From an uncultured delta proteobacterium (lineage in GTDB: Bacteria > Myxococcota > Myxococcia > Myxococcales > Anaeromyxobacteraceae): a stretch of 64,000 nucleotides of DNA. The position numbers were made by a program, and so were the translations under genes. The notes under the pieces were generated by a model that was not told the origin of the DNA, made no database searches, and saw only the letters and a list, made by a program, of their open reading frames with translations. The number at the start of each line of letters is the position of its first letter. Position 1 is the first letter of the stretch. The DNA is taken from NCBI GenBank assembly GCA_963814585.1, contig CAWFDF010000014.1:224001-288000 (forward strand), written 5' to 3'. Below are positions 42,315 to 51,290 of the stretch, piece by piece.

Positions 42315-42749
42315 ATGCTCGCCGTGAGACGAATCGCCTGCGTCGCCCTGCTCCTCGCCGCCGCTTGCGCCGGCCCGCGCGACGGAGTCCACGACCAGGA
42401 CCCGGGATCACCGCCGCCCCCGGTGGCCTACGAGGGCGACATCATCCGGCTGGGCGCCGGCAACCCGGGGTACCAGCGCCCGCGGCTGGAAGAGGACGAC
42501 TGCCTGCCCGGCGCGCTGCGCCGGGCCACCGGCGCCGCCGGCGTCGACAACAAGGTCAGGTTCGCGGTGCTGCGGGACGGCAGCCTGGTCCGGTTCTCGT
42601 ACCTGGCGCCGGTCACCCCGGAGCAGGCCCGCTCCATCGAGGCGGCCTTCGCGTCGTGCCGCTGGATCCCCGGCCTCGATCCGAAGGGTCAGCCGGTGGC
42701 GGTGTGGGTGATCCAGCCCATCAAGGTGGTGGGCGCCTCGAGCCCCTGA
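42315..42749 (+). CDS. Lipoprotein with TonB C-terminal-like domain
   Basis: Lipobox-like 'LAAAC'; 'VRFAVLRDGS...RWIPG...GQPVAVWVIQPI'. Confidence 0.6.
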   Translation: MLAVRRIACVALLLAAACAGPRDGVHDQDPGSPPPPVAYEGDIIRLGAGNPGYQRPRLEEDDCLPGALRRATGAAGVDNKVRFAVLRDGSLVRFSYLAPVTPEQARSIEAAFASCRWIPGLDPKGQPVAVWVIQPIKVVGASSP

Positions 42750-42810
42750 CCGGCCCGGAGCGCCGGCGAGGTCGCGGCCCGCCCCCCCTTCCCGGCCAGG
42801 GCCACCCTCC

Positions 42811-44627
42811 TCAGGCGGGCCTGGCCTGGCCGCCGGCCGGAGGCGCCTCGGCGCGCCTCCAGAAGCGCCGCGGCGCCAGGGCCAAGGCCATCAGGGCCAG
42901 CTGCGAGGCGCAGAAGGCCGCGAGCGACCAGAAGGCCTTGTCCATGAAGCCGTAGGAGTGGAGCCCAACGCCCAGCATGTTGACGCCGAACCAGGAGAAG
43001 CGCGGTGATGACGTTGCCGAAGATGGCCATGGTCATGATGCCGCGGTCTGGCGCACGTAGCCGCCCCAGCGGGCGTGCAGGATGACGGCGTTCCAGAGCA
43101 CGATGAGCAGGGCGCCGTTCTCCTTGGGATCCCAGCCCCAGAACCGGCCCCACGACTGGTCGGCCCAGATGCCGCCGAGCACGGTGCCGACGAAGCTGAA
43201 GAAGAGCGCGAAGCAGATGACCCCGTAGACCATCGACACCAGCGCCTTGTCGGTGGCCGGCAGGAGCCTCGGCGCCAGGTGCTTGCGCAGCGCCCAGCCG
43301 ATGGCGATGGCCGCCGGCCAGGAAGGTCGCCGGAGTAGCCGATGGTGATGATGGTCACGTGGGTCGCCAGCCAGAAGTTGGAGTCGAGCACCGCCCGCAT
43401 CATCTCCATGGTGTCGCCGTCACCGGTCAGGTGGTGCGCCACGATCAGCGAGGCGAAGCCGACCGAGGCGGCCACCGCGGTGCCGAAGCCCTTGCGGTAC
43501 ATGCGCTCGAGGATCACGCCGAGCACCACCGCGCCCCAGCCGACGAAGACCGCGGACGAGTAGAGGTTGGTGACCGGCGGGCGTCCCTGCAGGATGACCC
43601 GCGAGACCAGCCCGCCGGTGTGGACGATGGTGCCGGCGAGGAGCAGCGCGAAGGCCGAGGACTGCAGCAGCTCCGGTCGCCAGAGCCAGGAGGCGAAGAC
43701 CAGCAGCAGGGCCGCCACGTAGATGACCATGCCGGAGTAGAAGGGATCGACGCGGTTGAAGGCGATCTCGTGGTCGCCCTGCGCCACCGCCTCGGGCTTG
43801 GCCGCCACGCCAAAGGCCCGCAGCTCGGCCACGGCGGCGTTGAAGCCGGCCACGTCGCCGGCGCTCCAGGCCGCGCCGACCCTGGCCAGGGTGGCCAGCC
43901 CGGCGTCGGCCCGGCCCCCCCCGGCGGCGTCCCGCAGCGCCTCGCCGACGCTGCGCCAGCCGGCCTGCAGGTCGCCCTGCGGCGGCAGCGGCCGGAAGAA
44001 GGCGGCGCCGGCGAGGAGCGCGTGGCGCTGGCTCGCCGTGGGCTCGGTCACCGCCGCCAGCTCCGCGGCCAGCGGCCGGTTGCCCGGCACCTGCACGGTG
44101 TTCTGCAGCCGCAGGTAGAGGTCGATCCGCTGGTAGAGGTTGACCACCGCCCCCTGGAAGCGGCTCCGCTGCTTCGGGTCGATGGGCTCGGCCACCGCGG
44201 CCTGGTTCTGGATCTCGCCGAGGTACGGGCGGATGTCCCGGAAGGCGAAGTAGCGGTTGGACTGGGAGAGCTTCTGCCCGATCAGCGAGAGCACGTCCGG
44301 ATCGTTGATGACGAAGGCCGGCTGGGCGTCCGCCACCTCGGGCCGGAAGAGGACGTCGAGGATCCACTCGTCGGCCCCCACGGTGTGGGCCCTCTTCTGC
44401 CCGCCGGCCTCCTCCTCGAAGCGGAAGCTCATCTGGCTGCGGATCATCAGCAGCGAGTTGCGGGCCACCGAGTCGATGGGCTTGATGCGCCCGCCCTCCA
44501 GCACCGGCAGCCGCCCGAAGGCGTCCACGTCCATCCCGCGCACCGGCGGGGCCGGCCGCAGCCCGGAGGCGACCCACGCCAGCGCCAGCGCCCCCACCAC
44601 CCACGGCCCGTACTTGGCGAGCTTCAT
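42811..44627 (-). pseudogene. ccsA: Cytochrome c biogenesis protein CcsA (system II); about four small frameshifts between 43000 and 43335, probably sequence errors
   Basis: 'GRPPVTNLYSS', 'VLDSNFWLATHV', WWD 'GGIWADQSWGRFWGWDPKE', 'FSWFGVNMLGVGLHSYG' in successive frames. Confidence 0.88.
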
Positions 44628-44628
44628 G

Positions 44629-45801
44629 TCATGCCTCCGCGGCGGCACGCCGCCTGAGCGCCCTGCGCAGGGAGATGCCGAAGTGGACCATCAGCCCGAT
44701 CCCGACCAGCACGCAGGAGATGTAGGGGAGCAGCCAGCCCGGGTTCTCCACCACCTGGAGGATGGAGAGCGTGTCGTTCTTGCCGAAGCTGGACTGGTAG
44801 AAGGCCTTGCCGCCGTAGCGCAGCGGCTGGTTCATGTAGATGAGGACGTCGCGGGACTCGCCCTCCCTCGGGTTGGAGAGGTGCACCAGGCTGGAGAAGT
44901 TCTTGGGGATGGTGGTCCCCTCGTAGACGTCGTGGCTGAAGTTCTTCAGCGTCATCGAGTAGGGGAGGTACTGGCGCCGGGGGCGCATCGCCATCGAATA
45001 GGTGCGCCCCTCGTGGATGAACCCCTGCGGCGCGCCGAGCTGGCCGGAGACCAGCCAGGCGCCGTAGCTGCGCCCGCCCGCCACCGGCTCCACCACCGCC
45101 GCCGGGACGTTGATGCGGTCGTCGGCGACCACCGCCCGGAGCGGCTGGACCGCCACGCCGGCGCCGACCCCCATGTTGGCGACCGGCTGGAACCCCGGGG
45201 CCGCCATGGAGAGCTGCGCGTTCTCCCAGTAGCGGCGGACCCGGAGGACCAGCGGCGTGCCCGGGACCTGCACCAGCCCGCCGTCGGCCAGCAGGCCCTC
45301 GGGGATGGAGTGGACCACGTCCCAGGCCGGATCGGTGGCGTCGACGACCACCAGCTCCTGCTCGCGCGTGTGCTCGACGTAGTTGACCGTCTGCCCCTCC
45401 TCGATGGCCAGCTGGGTCTCGACCTGGAAGACGCCGGTGACGAACTCGCCGACGAAGAGCAGGATCAGGCCGGCGTGCACGATCCAGATGCCGGCCTTCT
45501 TCCAGGAACGCTCCAGCCGCTGGCCCTGGGCCGCGGCCAGGTTCACCATCAGCACCAGGCCCACCAGCGCCCCGCCGGGGAAGACCGCGAGCGACCAGCC
45601 GGTGCCGGGGACCTGCCACCAGACCAGGAAGCTGCGCATGTAGAGGTTGACGGCGCCGAGGACGCCGAGCTGGACCTGCGCCAGCGTGCAGGCCACCACC
45701 AGCGCCATGAGGAGCGCCAGGCAGACGATGGTGAGCTTGAGGGACGTCAGCACGTCCCAGAGCCGGTGCGCGGCGAAGCTGGCGGAGTTGGACTCAGTCA
45801 C
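44629..45801 (-). CDS. resB: ResB/CcsB family cytochrome c biogenesis protein
   Basis: 'LTSLKLTIVCL', 'IVHAGLILL', 'YEGTTIPKNFSS', 'IYMNQPLRYGG..FYQSSF'. Confidence 0.85.
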   Translation of the reverse strand: MTESNSASFAAHRLWDVLTSLKLTIVCLALLMALVVACTLAQVQLGVLGAVNLYMRSFLVWWQVPGTGWSLAVFPGGALVGLVLMVNLAAAQGQRLERSWKKAGIWIVHAGLILLFVGEFVTGVFQVETQLAIEEGQTVNYVEHTREQELVVVDATDPAWDVVHSIPEGLLADGGLVQVPGTPLVLRVRRYWENAQLSMAAPGFQPVANMGVGAGVAVQPLRAVVADDRINVPAAVVEPVAGGRSYGAWLVSGQLGAPQGFIHEGRTYSMAMRPRRQYLPYSMTLKNFSHDVYEGTTIPKNFSSLVHLSNPREGESRDVLIYMNQPLRYGGKAFYQSSFGKNDTLSILQVVENPGWLLPYISCVLVGIGLMVHFGISLRRALRRRAAAEA

Positions 45802-46477
45802 GGTGGAGGCTCTCCAGCAGCTTGAGGAAGGCGGGGCGGGCGGCGGCGACCGGCTCGGCGTCACCGGTCAGCTTGAAGAACCAGGAGCTGCCGTCGACCA
45901 TGAGGATGGCGGCGATGAGGCGGCTCTTCCTGGTCCCCTCGCTGGTGAAGTCGTAGACGTTGGCCGGGCCGACCCTCGTCCTGAGCGAGGTGCGGGCCGC
46001 GGCGAGCCCGGCCGCGTCGGTGGGGCCGAGGCCAATCTGGCCGCGCCACCGGTTCACGTTGGCCAGCTCGCCGCCGGCGTCTCCGGGCAGCGTCACCACC
46101 GAGCCGTCGATGGTCCCGGCGCCCGGGACCTTGAAGGTGGCGAAGCGCATGCCGCCCGGGAAGCTCTGGCCCCAGCCACCCGGCAGCGACCACTTGAGCG
46201 CGTCGGCGCCGCTCGGCGTCGGTGGCATGGGGACGTCCCCGGCCATGCCGGGGGGAGGGGCCTGGGGCGGTGCCGGACGGTGGGACGTGCCAACCGGGTC
46301 ACCGCCGGCGGCCTGGGCGGCCGGCGGAACGGCCTTGGCGACGCGGTAGCTGGTCACCTCGTCGCGCCGGCAGCCGCCCACGACGAGGAGCATGGCGCCG
46401 GCCACCAGCCAGGCACCCCGCCCGGGCGAGCGGGGTGCGTCGAGCCGAGGCTGGAAGGCGTGGTCATCCGGGTGCAT
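45794..46477 (-). CDS. Hypothetical lipoprotein leading the ccs operon
   Basis: AGGAG RBS, lipobox-like 'VGGC', 'WSLPGGW...MRFATF', 'GGELANVNRWRGQIGL', 'WFFKLTG'; stop overlaps the resB start. Confidence 0.75.
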   Translation of the reverse strand: MHPDDHAFQPRLDAPRSPGRGAWLVAGAMLLVVGGCRRDEVTSYRVAKAVPPAAQAAGGDPVGTSHRPAPPQAPPPGMAGDVPMPPTPSGADALKWSLPGGWGQSFPGGMRFATFKVPGAGTIDGSVVTLPGDAGGELANVNRWRGQIGLGPTDAAGLAAARTSLRTRVGPANVYDFTSEGTRKSRLIAAILMVDGSSWFFKLTGDAEPVAAARPAFLKLLESLHRD

Positions 46478-46532
46478 CGAAGCTCCTGGTGGAGGATTTT
46501 CCGGTTCGGGCGGCGGGACATTACGCTGGAGC

Positions 46533-46546
46533 CTGATCCTGATCAA
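46533..46546 (-). promoter_or_regulatory. FNR/CRP-family box candidate
   Basis: Minus strand TTGAT-CAGG-ATCAG, 9/10 to TTGAT-N4-ATCAA, ~55 bp upstream of the ccs operon start. Confidence 0.55.
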
Positions 46547-46647
46547 CCGGCCCGGCCTGGTTCTAATCCCACGGCCCAAGGGTGCAATACGACTTGGGAT
46601 CGGCTATGCCAGAACAGGATTCGATCCCCCCCCCGGAGTGCGTCCAG

Positions 46648-47724
46648 ATGCAGCAGACCGAGAACCTCAACGTAGCGGCGTTCGACCTCATGCCCTCCCC
46701 GGACGAGGTCCACGCCCGGGTGCCGCTCTCCGAGCAGGCGGCGGCCACCGTGGTCGCCGGCCGCCGGGCCGTGGAGGCCATCCTCGACGGCCGCGACCCG
46801 CGCCTCTTCGCGGTGGTCGGTCCCTGCTCGATCCACGATCCGGTCGCGGGCCTCGACTACGCCCGCCGCCTCCGCGGGCTGGCCGACGAGCTGGCCGACA
46901 CCCTGGTGCTGGTGATGCGCGTCTACTTCGAGAAGCCGCGGACCTCGCTGGGCTGGAAGGGGTTCATCAACGACCCCAATCTCGACGACTCCTTCCGGGT
47001 CGACGAGGGCATGGAGAAGGCCCGCAAGTTCCTGCTCGACGTCAACGAGCTGGGGCTGCCGGCCGGCACCGAGGCGCTCGACCCCATCGCCCCCCAGTAC
47101 TACATGGACCTGGTCAGCTGGACCGCCATCGGGGCCCGGACCTCGGAGTCGCAGACCCACCGCGAGATGTCGTCGGGCCTCTCCACCCCGGTCGGCTTCA
47201 AGAACGGCACCGACGGCGACGTCGACGCCGCGGTCAACGCCATCCTCTCCGCCAGCGGCGCCCACGCCTTCCTCGGCGTCAACGGCCAGGGGAGGACCGC
47301 CATCATCCGCACCCGCGGCAACCGCTACGGTCACGTGGTGCTCCGCGGCGGCGGCGGCCGCTCCAACTACGACTCGCTGTCCATCTCGCTCGCCGAGCAG
47401 GCGCTCACCAAGGCCAGGCTGCCGCGCAACCTGGTGGTCGACTGCTCGCACGCCAACTCGCTCAAGAAGCCCGAGCTCCAGCCGCTGGTGCTGCGCGACG
47501 TGGTGCACCAGATCCGCGACGGCAACCGCTCCATCGTCGGCGTGATGGTGGAGAGCTTCATCGAGGCGGGGAACCAGCCCATCCCCGCCGACCTCACCCA
47601 GCTCCGCTATGGCTGCTCGGTGACCGACGGCTGCGTCGGCTGGGACACCACGGTCGAGATGCTGCGCGAGGCCCGCGCGGTGCTCAAGGACCTGCTGCCG
47701 AGGCGCCGGAGGTTCGACGGATGA
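46648..47724 (+). CDS. 3-deoxy-7-phosphoheptulonate (DAHP) synthase, type I-alpha (AroF/G/H group)
   Basis: 'VGPCSIHD', 'RVYFEKPRT', 'IGARTSESQTHRE', 'VDCSHANS', 'YGCSVTDGC'. Confidence 0.95.
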   Translation: MQQTENLNVAAFDLMPSPDEVHARVPLSEQAAATVVAGRRAVEAILDGRDPRLFAVVGPCSIHDPVAGLDYARRLRGLADELADTLVLVMRVYFEKPRTSLGWKGFINDPNLDDSFRVDEGMEKARKFLLDVNELGLPAGTEALDPIAPQYYMDLVSWTAIGARTSESQTHREMSSGLSTPVGFKNGTDGDVDAAVNAILSASGAHAFLGVNGQGRTAIIRTRGNRYGHVVLRGGGGRSNYDSLSISLAEQALTKARLPRNLVVDCSHANSLKKPELQPLVLRDVVHQIRDGNRSIVGVMVESFIEAGNQPIPADLTQLRYGCSVTDGCVGWDTTVEMLREARAVLKDLLPRRRRFDG

Positions 47725-49476
47725 GCCACGGCGGCGTGGAGGAGCCGATGCCGGAGACGAAGCCCCCTGGCGCCGAGCCGGTCGAGGTGCTGGTCAACCC
47801 CTGCGCCGAGGCCGTCGCCCGCACCATGTTCGAGGGGATGCCGATGGGCATCTCCGTCATCGACCGCGACTTCCGCATCCGGCAGGTCAACGAGTACACC
47901 GCCAGGTGGCTGAAGCGCACCCCGGAGGAGATGAGCGGGAAGCAGTGCTTCGGCCTCATCCACGACGCCGACCAGCCGTGTGCCGACTGTCCGTGCATCA
48001 CCACCTTCCGCACCGGCGAGTCGGCCACCACCGTCCACACCGGCCTCGACGCCCGGGGGGAGATCACCTACGCCGAGATCGTCTCGCTCCCGGTGCGCGA
48101 CGCCACCGGCCAGGTCACCCACGCCCTGGAGGCCATCCGGGACGTGTCCGAGCGCGAGCGCCATCTCGCCCAGCTCGGCAAGCTGGTGGACGACCTGAAG
48201 GCCTCCGACGAGCAGCTGCGGCGCCGCAACGAGGAGCTGGAGATCCTCAACGGCCTCATGCTCCGCGCCGGCGGTCCGCTGCGGATGACCGACCTGCTCG
48301 ACGCCCTGCTCTCGGCCGCGCTGCGCGTCGCCGGCCCGGCCGCCACCGGCGGGATCTTCCTGCTCGACGAGGCCCGGCGCGAGCTGCGGTTGGCCGCCAC
48401 CCGCGGGCTGGACGCCGACTTCGTGGCCCGGGAGCGCTCGGTGAGGCTGGGCGAGTGCCTCTGCGGCGAGGCCGCCCTCTCCGGCGACCTGGTCATCACC
48501 GGGCCGGGCCAGGACGCGCACCACACCCGGCCGGTCCACGGCGCCCACGGCCACGTCGTCATCCCCCTCACCTCCCATGAGCAGGTGCTGGGGGTGCTCT
48601 TCATCCACCTGCCGCAGGGCCAGGCCGCGCCGCCCCAGGAGCGGGAGCGGCTCTTCCGGCTGATGGGGCGACAGAATCGGCATCTCCATCGAGAACGCCC
48701 AGCTCTACCAGCGCACCGACGCCCAGCTCCACCAGAAGGTGGGGGAGCTGACCCGGGCCCTCTCCACGGTGGAGCGGGAGCGGGCCCGCGCCGAGCAGAG
48801 CGAGCGGATCAAGGAGGAGTTCGTCTCCATGGTCTCGCACGACCTGCGCTCGCCGCTCACCGTGATCCTCGCCGACTCGGGCGACTACGCCTCGGCCTGC
48901 CGGGATCCCGCCTGCGTCGAGTCCCGGGCCTCGGTCCGGCAGTCGGCGCGCCGCATGGCGGTGATGCTCAACGAGCTGGTCGACTCGGCGCGGCTGGAGT
49001 CCGGGACGCTCGAGCTGCACCGGGAGGCCATCGCCCTCCCCGACCTGCTGCGCGGACTGGCCCTCCAGAGCTTCGCGGTCCACGAGCGGTCCCGGCTGCG
49101 GCTCGCCGATCCCCTCCCGGAGGCGCAGGTGGCGGGCGATCGCTCCTGGCTGGAGCGCGCCCTGGTCAACGTCATCGGCAACGCCATCAAGTACGCCCCC
49201 GACGACAGCCCGATCCGGATCGCGCTGGCCGTCGAGGGCGAGTGCGCCGTGGTGACGGTGACCGACCAGGGGCCCGGCATCCCCCCTGACGAGCTGCCCA
49301 TGGTCTTCCAGCGCTTCTACCGGGCCTCCAACACCCGGCGGCGCGTCGACGGCTCCGGGCTGGGCCTCTTCATCGCCCGGAAGGTGGTGGAGGCCCACGG
49401 CGGCGAGGCCTCGGTCCATGGCGCCGAGGGCGGCGGCACCACCATCCGCTTCAGGCTGCCGCTGCACGCCGGCTGA
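47721..49476 (+). pseudogene. PAS-GAF sensor histidine kinase, split by an apparent +1 frameshift near 48675; probably a sequence error
   Basis: PAS with C-X9-C-X2-CPC, GAF with 'GECLCG'; removing one A gives IGISIENAQLY joining H-box 'SHDLRSPL', 'NAIKY', 'DQGPGIP', 'GSGLGL'. Confidence 0.85.
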
Positions 49477-49554
49477 ACGGCGGACGGAGGCGTCCGCCCG
49501 GCGAAGCCAGGCAGCGTGCGCCGCAGCAGGGCTCGGGCCAGGTGAGTGGCGCCA

Positions 49555-51183
49555 TCACGCGGCCCGGACCACCACGCCGCTGGCGGTCTCGGCGAAGGCG
49601 AGCTCGGGGTGGAACTTCTCGGCGGTGCGGAGCGCCCAGTCGCGATCGAAGAGGACCACCAGCCGATCGCGGACGTCGAGCACCACCTGGCCCTCCACCG
49701 CCGCGGCCAGCTCGTCGGGGGTCAGCGGCGCGCCGTCGACGCGGCTGGCCCAGCGGGCCAGCTGCCAGGGCACGGCCTCGACGCGCACCTCGACGCCGTA
49801 CTCGGCCTCGAGCCGGTACTTCACGACCTCGAACTGGAGCTGCCCGAGGGCGCCCAGCACCAGGTCGCCGTAGCGGCCGGCCGGCGGCCGGTAGAGCTGC
49901 ACCGTCCCCTCCTGGGCCAGCTGCTCGATGCCGGTGCTGAACTGCTTCCGCCGCATCGGGTCGACCAGCGCCAGCCGCCGGAAGTGCTCGGGCGCGAAGC
50001 TGGGGATGCCCTCGAAGGCGAAGCCGGAGCCGCCGGTGAGCGTGTCCCCGATCTCGAAGGTGCCGGTGTCGTGGAGCCCCACCACGTCGCCGGCGTAGGA
50101 CTCCTCCACCGTGGCCCGATCGCGGGCCAGGAACTGGGTCGGGTTGGCGAGCCGGACGTCCCGGCCGCTGCGGACGTGGTGGACCTTCATCCCCTTCACC
50201 AGCTTCCCCGAGCAGATCCGCACGAAGGCCACCCGGTCGCGGTGGGCCTTGTCCATGTTCGCCTGGATCTTGAAGACGAAGCCGGAGAACTCGCCGCTGG
50301 CCGGATCCACCAGCCCCTGATCCGAGCGGCGCGGGCTGGGGGAGGGCATCAGCTCGCAGAAGGTCTCGAGGAAGGCCTCCAGCCCGAAGTTGTTGACGGC
50401 CGAGCCGAAGAACATGGGCGAGAGCTCGCCGGCCAGGAACTTCTCCTCGTGGAAGCCGTCGCCGGCGGCGTCGAGCAGCTCGGCGTCGTGGCGGAGCTGG
50501 TCGTAGCCGCGCTGGTCGAGCGCCTCGCGCACGAGGGGATCGTCGATGCCGGTCACCTCCACCGGCGGGCGCTCCGCGCCGCTGGTGGAGGAGGAGTTGG
50601 CGCGGTCCGACTCGAACAGGTACACGCGCCGGCGGAGGCGGTGGTAGACGCCGCGGAAGGTGCCGGCGCGGAAGATGGGCCAGGTGACCGGGTAGACGCC
50701 GATGCCGAGGACGCTCTCCACCTCGCCCACCAGCTCGAAGGCGTCCCGGCCGGGCCGATCCAGCTTGTTGACGAAGGTGAAGATGGGGATCGACCGCTGC
50801 CGGCAGACGCGGAAGAGCTTGCGGGTCTGGGACTCGACGCCCTTGGCGCAGTCGAGCAGCATCACCGCGCCGTCGACGGCGTGGAGCGTCCGGTAGGTAT
50901 CCTCGGAGAAGTCGGCGTGGCCCGGGGTGTCGAGCAGGTTGAGCTGGAGCCCGCGGTAGGGGAAGGCCAGCACCGAGGTGGTGATGGAGATGCCCCGCTC
51001 CCGCTCCATCTCCATCCAGTCGGAGACCGCGTTGGCGCGCCCGCGCTTGGCCTTGACGGCGCCGGCCAGCTGGATGACGCCGCCGTAGAGCAGCAGCTTC
51101 TCGGTCAGCGTGGTCTTGCCGGCGTCGGGGTGCGAGATGATCGCGAAGGTCCGGCGTCGGCCGACCTCGTGCTGGGCGCTCAT
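49555..51183 (-). CDS. prfC: Peptide chain release factor 3
   Basis: 'RRTFAIISHPDAGKTTLTEK', 'SDWMEMERERGISI', 'DTPGHADFSEDTYR', 'FKIQANMD..HRDR'. Confidence 0.97.
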   Translation of the reverse strand: MSAQHEVGRRRTFAIISHPDAGKTTLTEKLLLYGGVIQLAGAVKAKRGRANAVSDWMEMERERGISITTSVLAFPYRGLQLNLLDTPGHADFSEDTYRTLHAVDGAVMLLDCAKGVESQTRKLFRVCRQRSIPIFTFVNKLDRPGRDAFELVGEVESVLGIGVYPVTWPIFRAGTFRGVYHRLRRRVYLFESDRANSSSTSGAERPPVEVTGIDDPLVREALDQRGYDQLRHDAELLDAAGDGFHEEKFLAGELSPMFFGSAVNNFGLEAFLETFCELMPSPSPRRSDQGLVDPASGEFSGFVFKIQANMDKAHRDRVAFVRICSGKLVKGMKVHHVRSGRDVRLANPTQFLARDRATVEESYAGDVVGLHDTGTFEIGDTLTGGSGFAFEGIPSFAPEHFRRLALVDPMRRKQFSTGIEQLAQEGTVQLYRPPAGRYGDLVLGALGQLQFEVVKYRLEAEYGVEVRVEAVPWQLARWASRVDGAPLTPDELAAAVEGQVVLDVRDRLVVLFDRDWALRTAEKFHPELAFAETASGVVVRAA

Positions 51184-51290
51184 GGACTCCTCGTGGAAAA
51201 TGCGGGCCCCCGGACCGCGTGGGCGGCCGGGGGCGACGGTCCTCTAGCACATCCCGGCCGGGGCCGTCAGGCCCGGGCCCCCGGGGTCGC

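Noticed and set aside
46626..46634. C9 tract as a phase-variation switch
   Set aside because: Lies upstream of the likely start of a housekeeping gene; unremarkable at this GC content and length is unreliable in an indel-prone sequence
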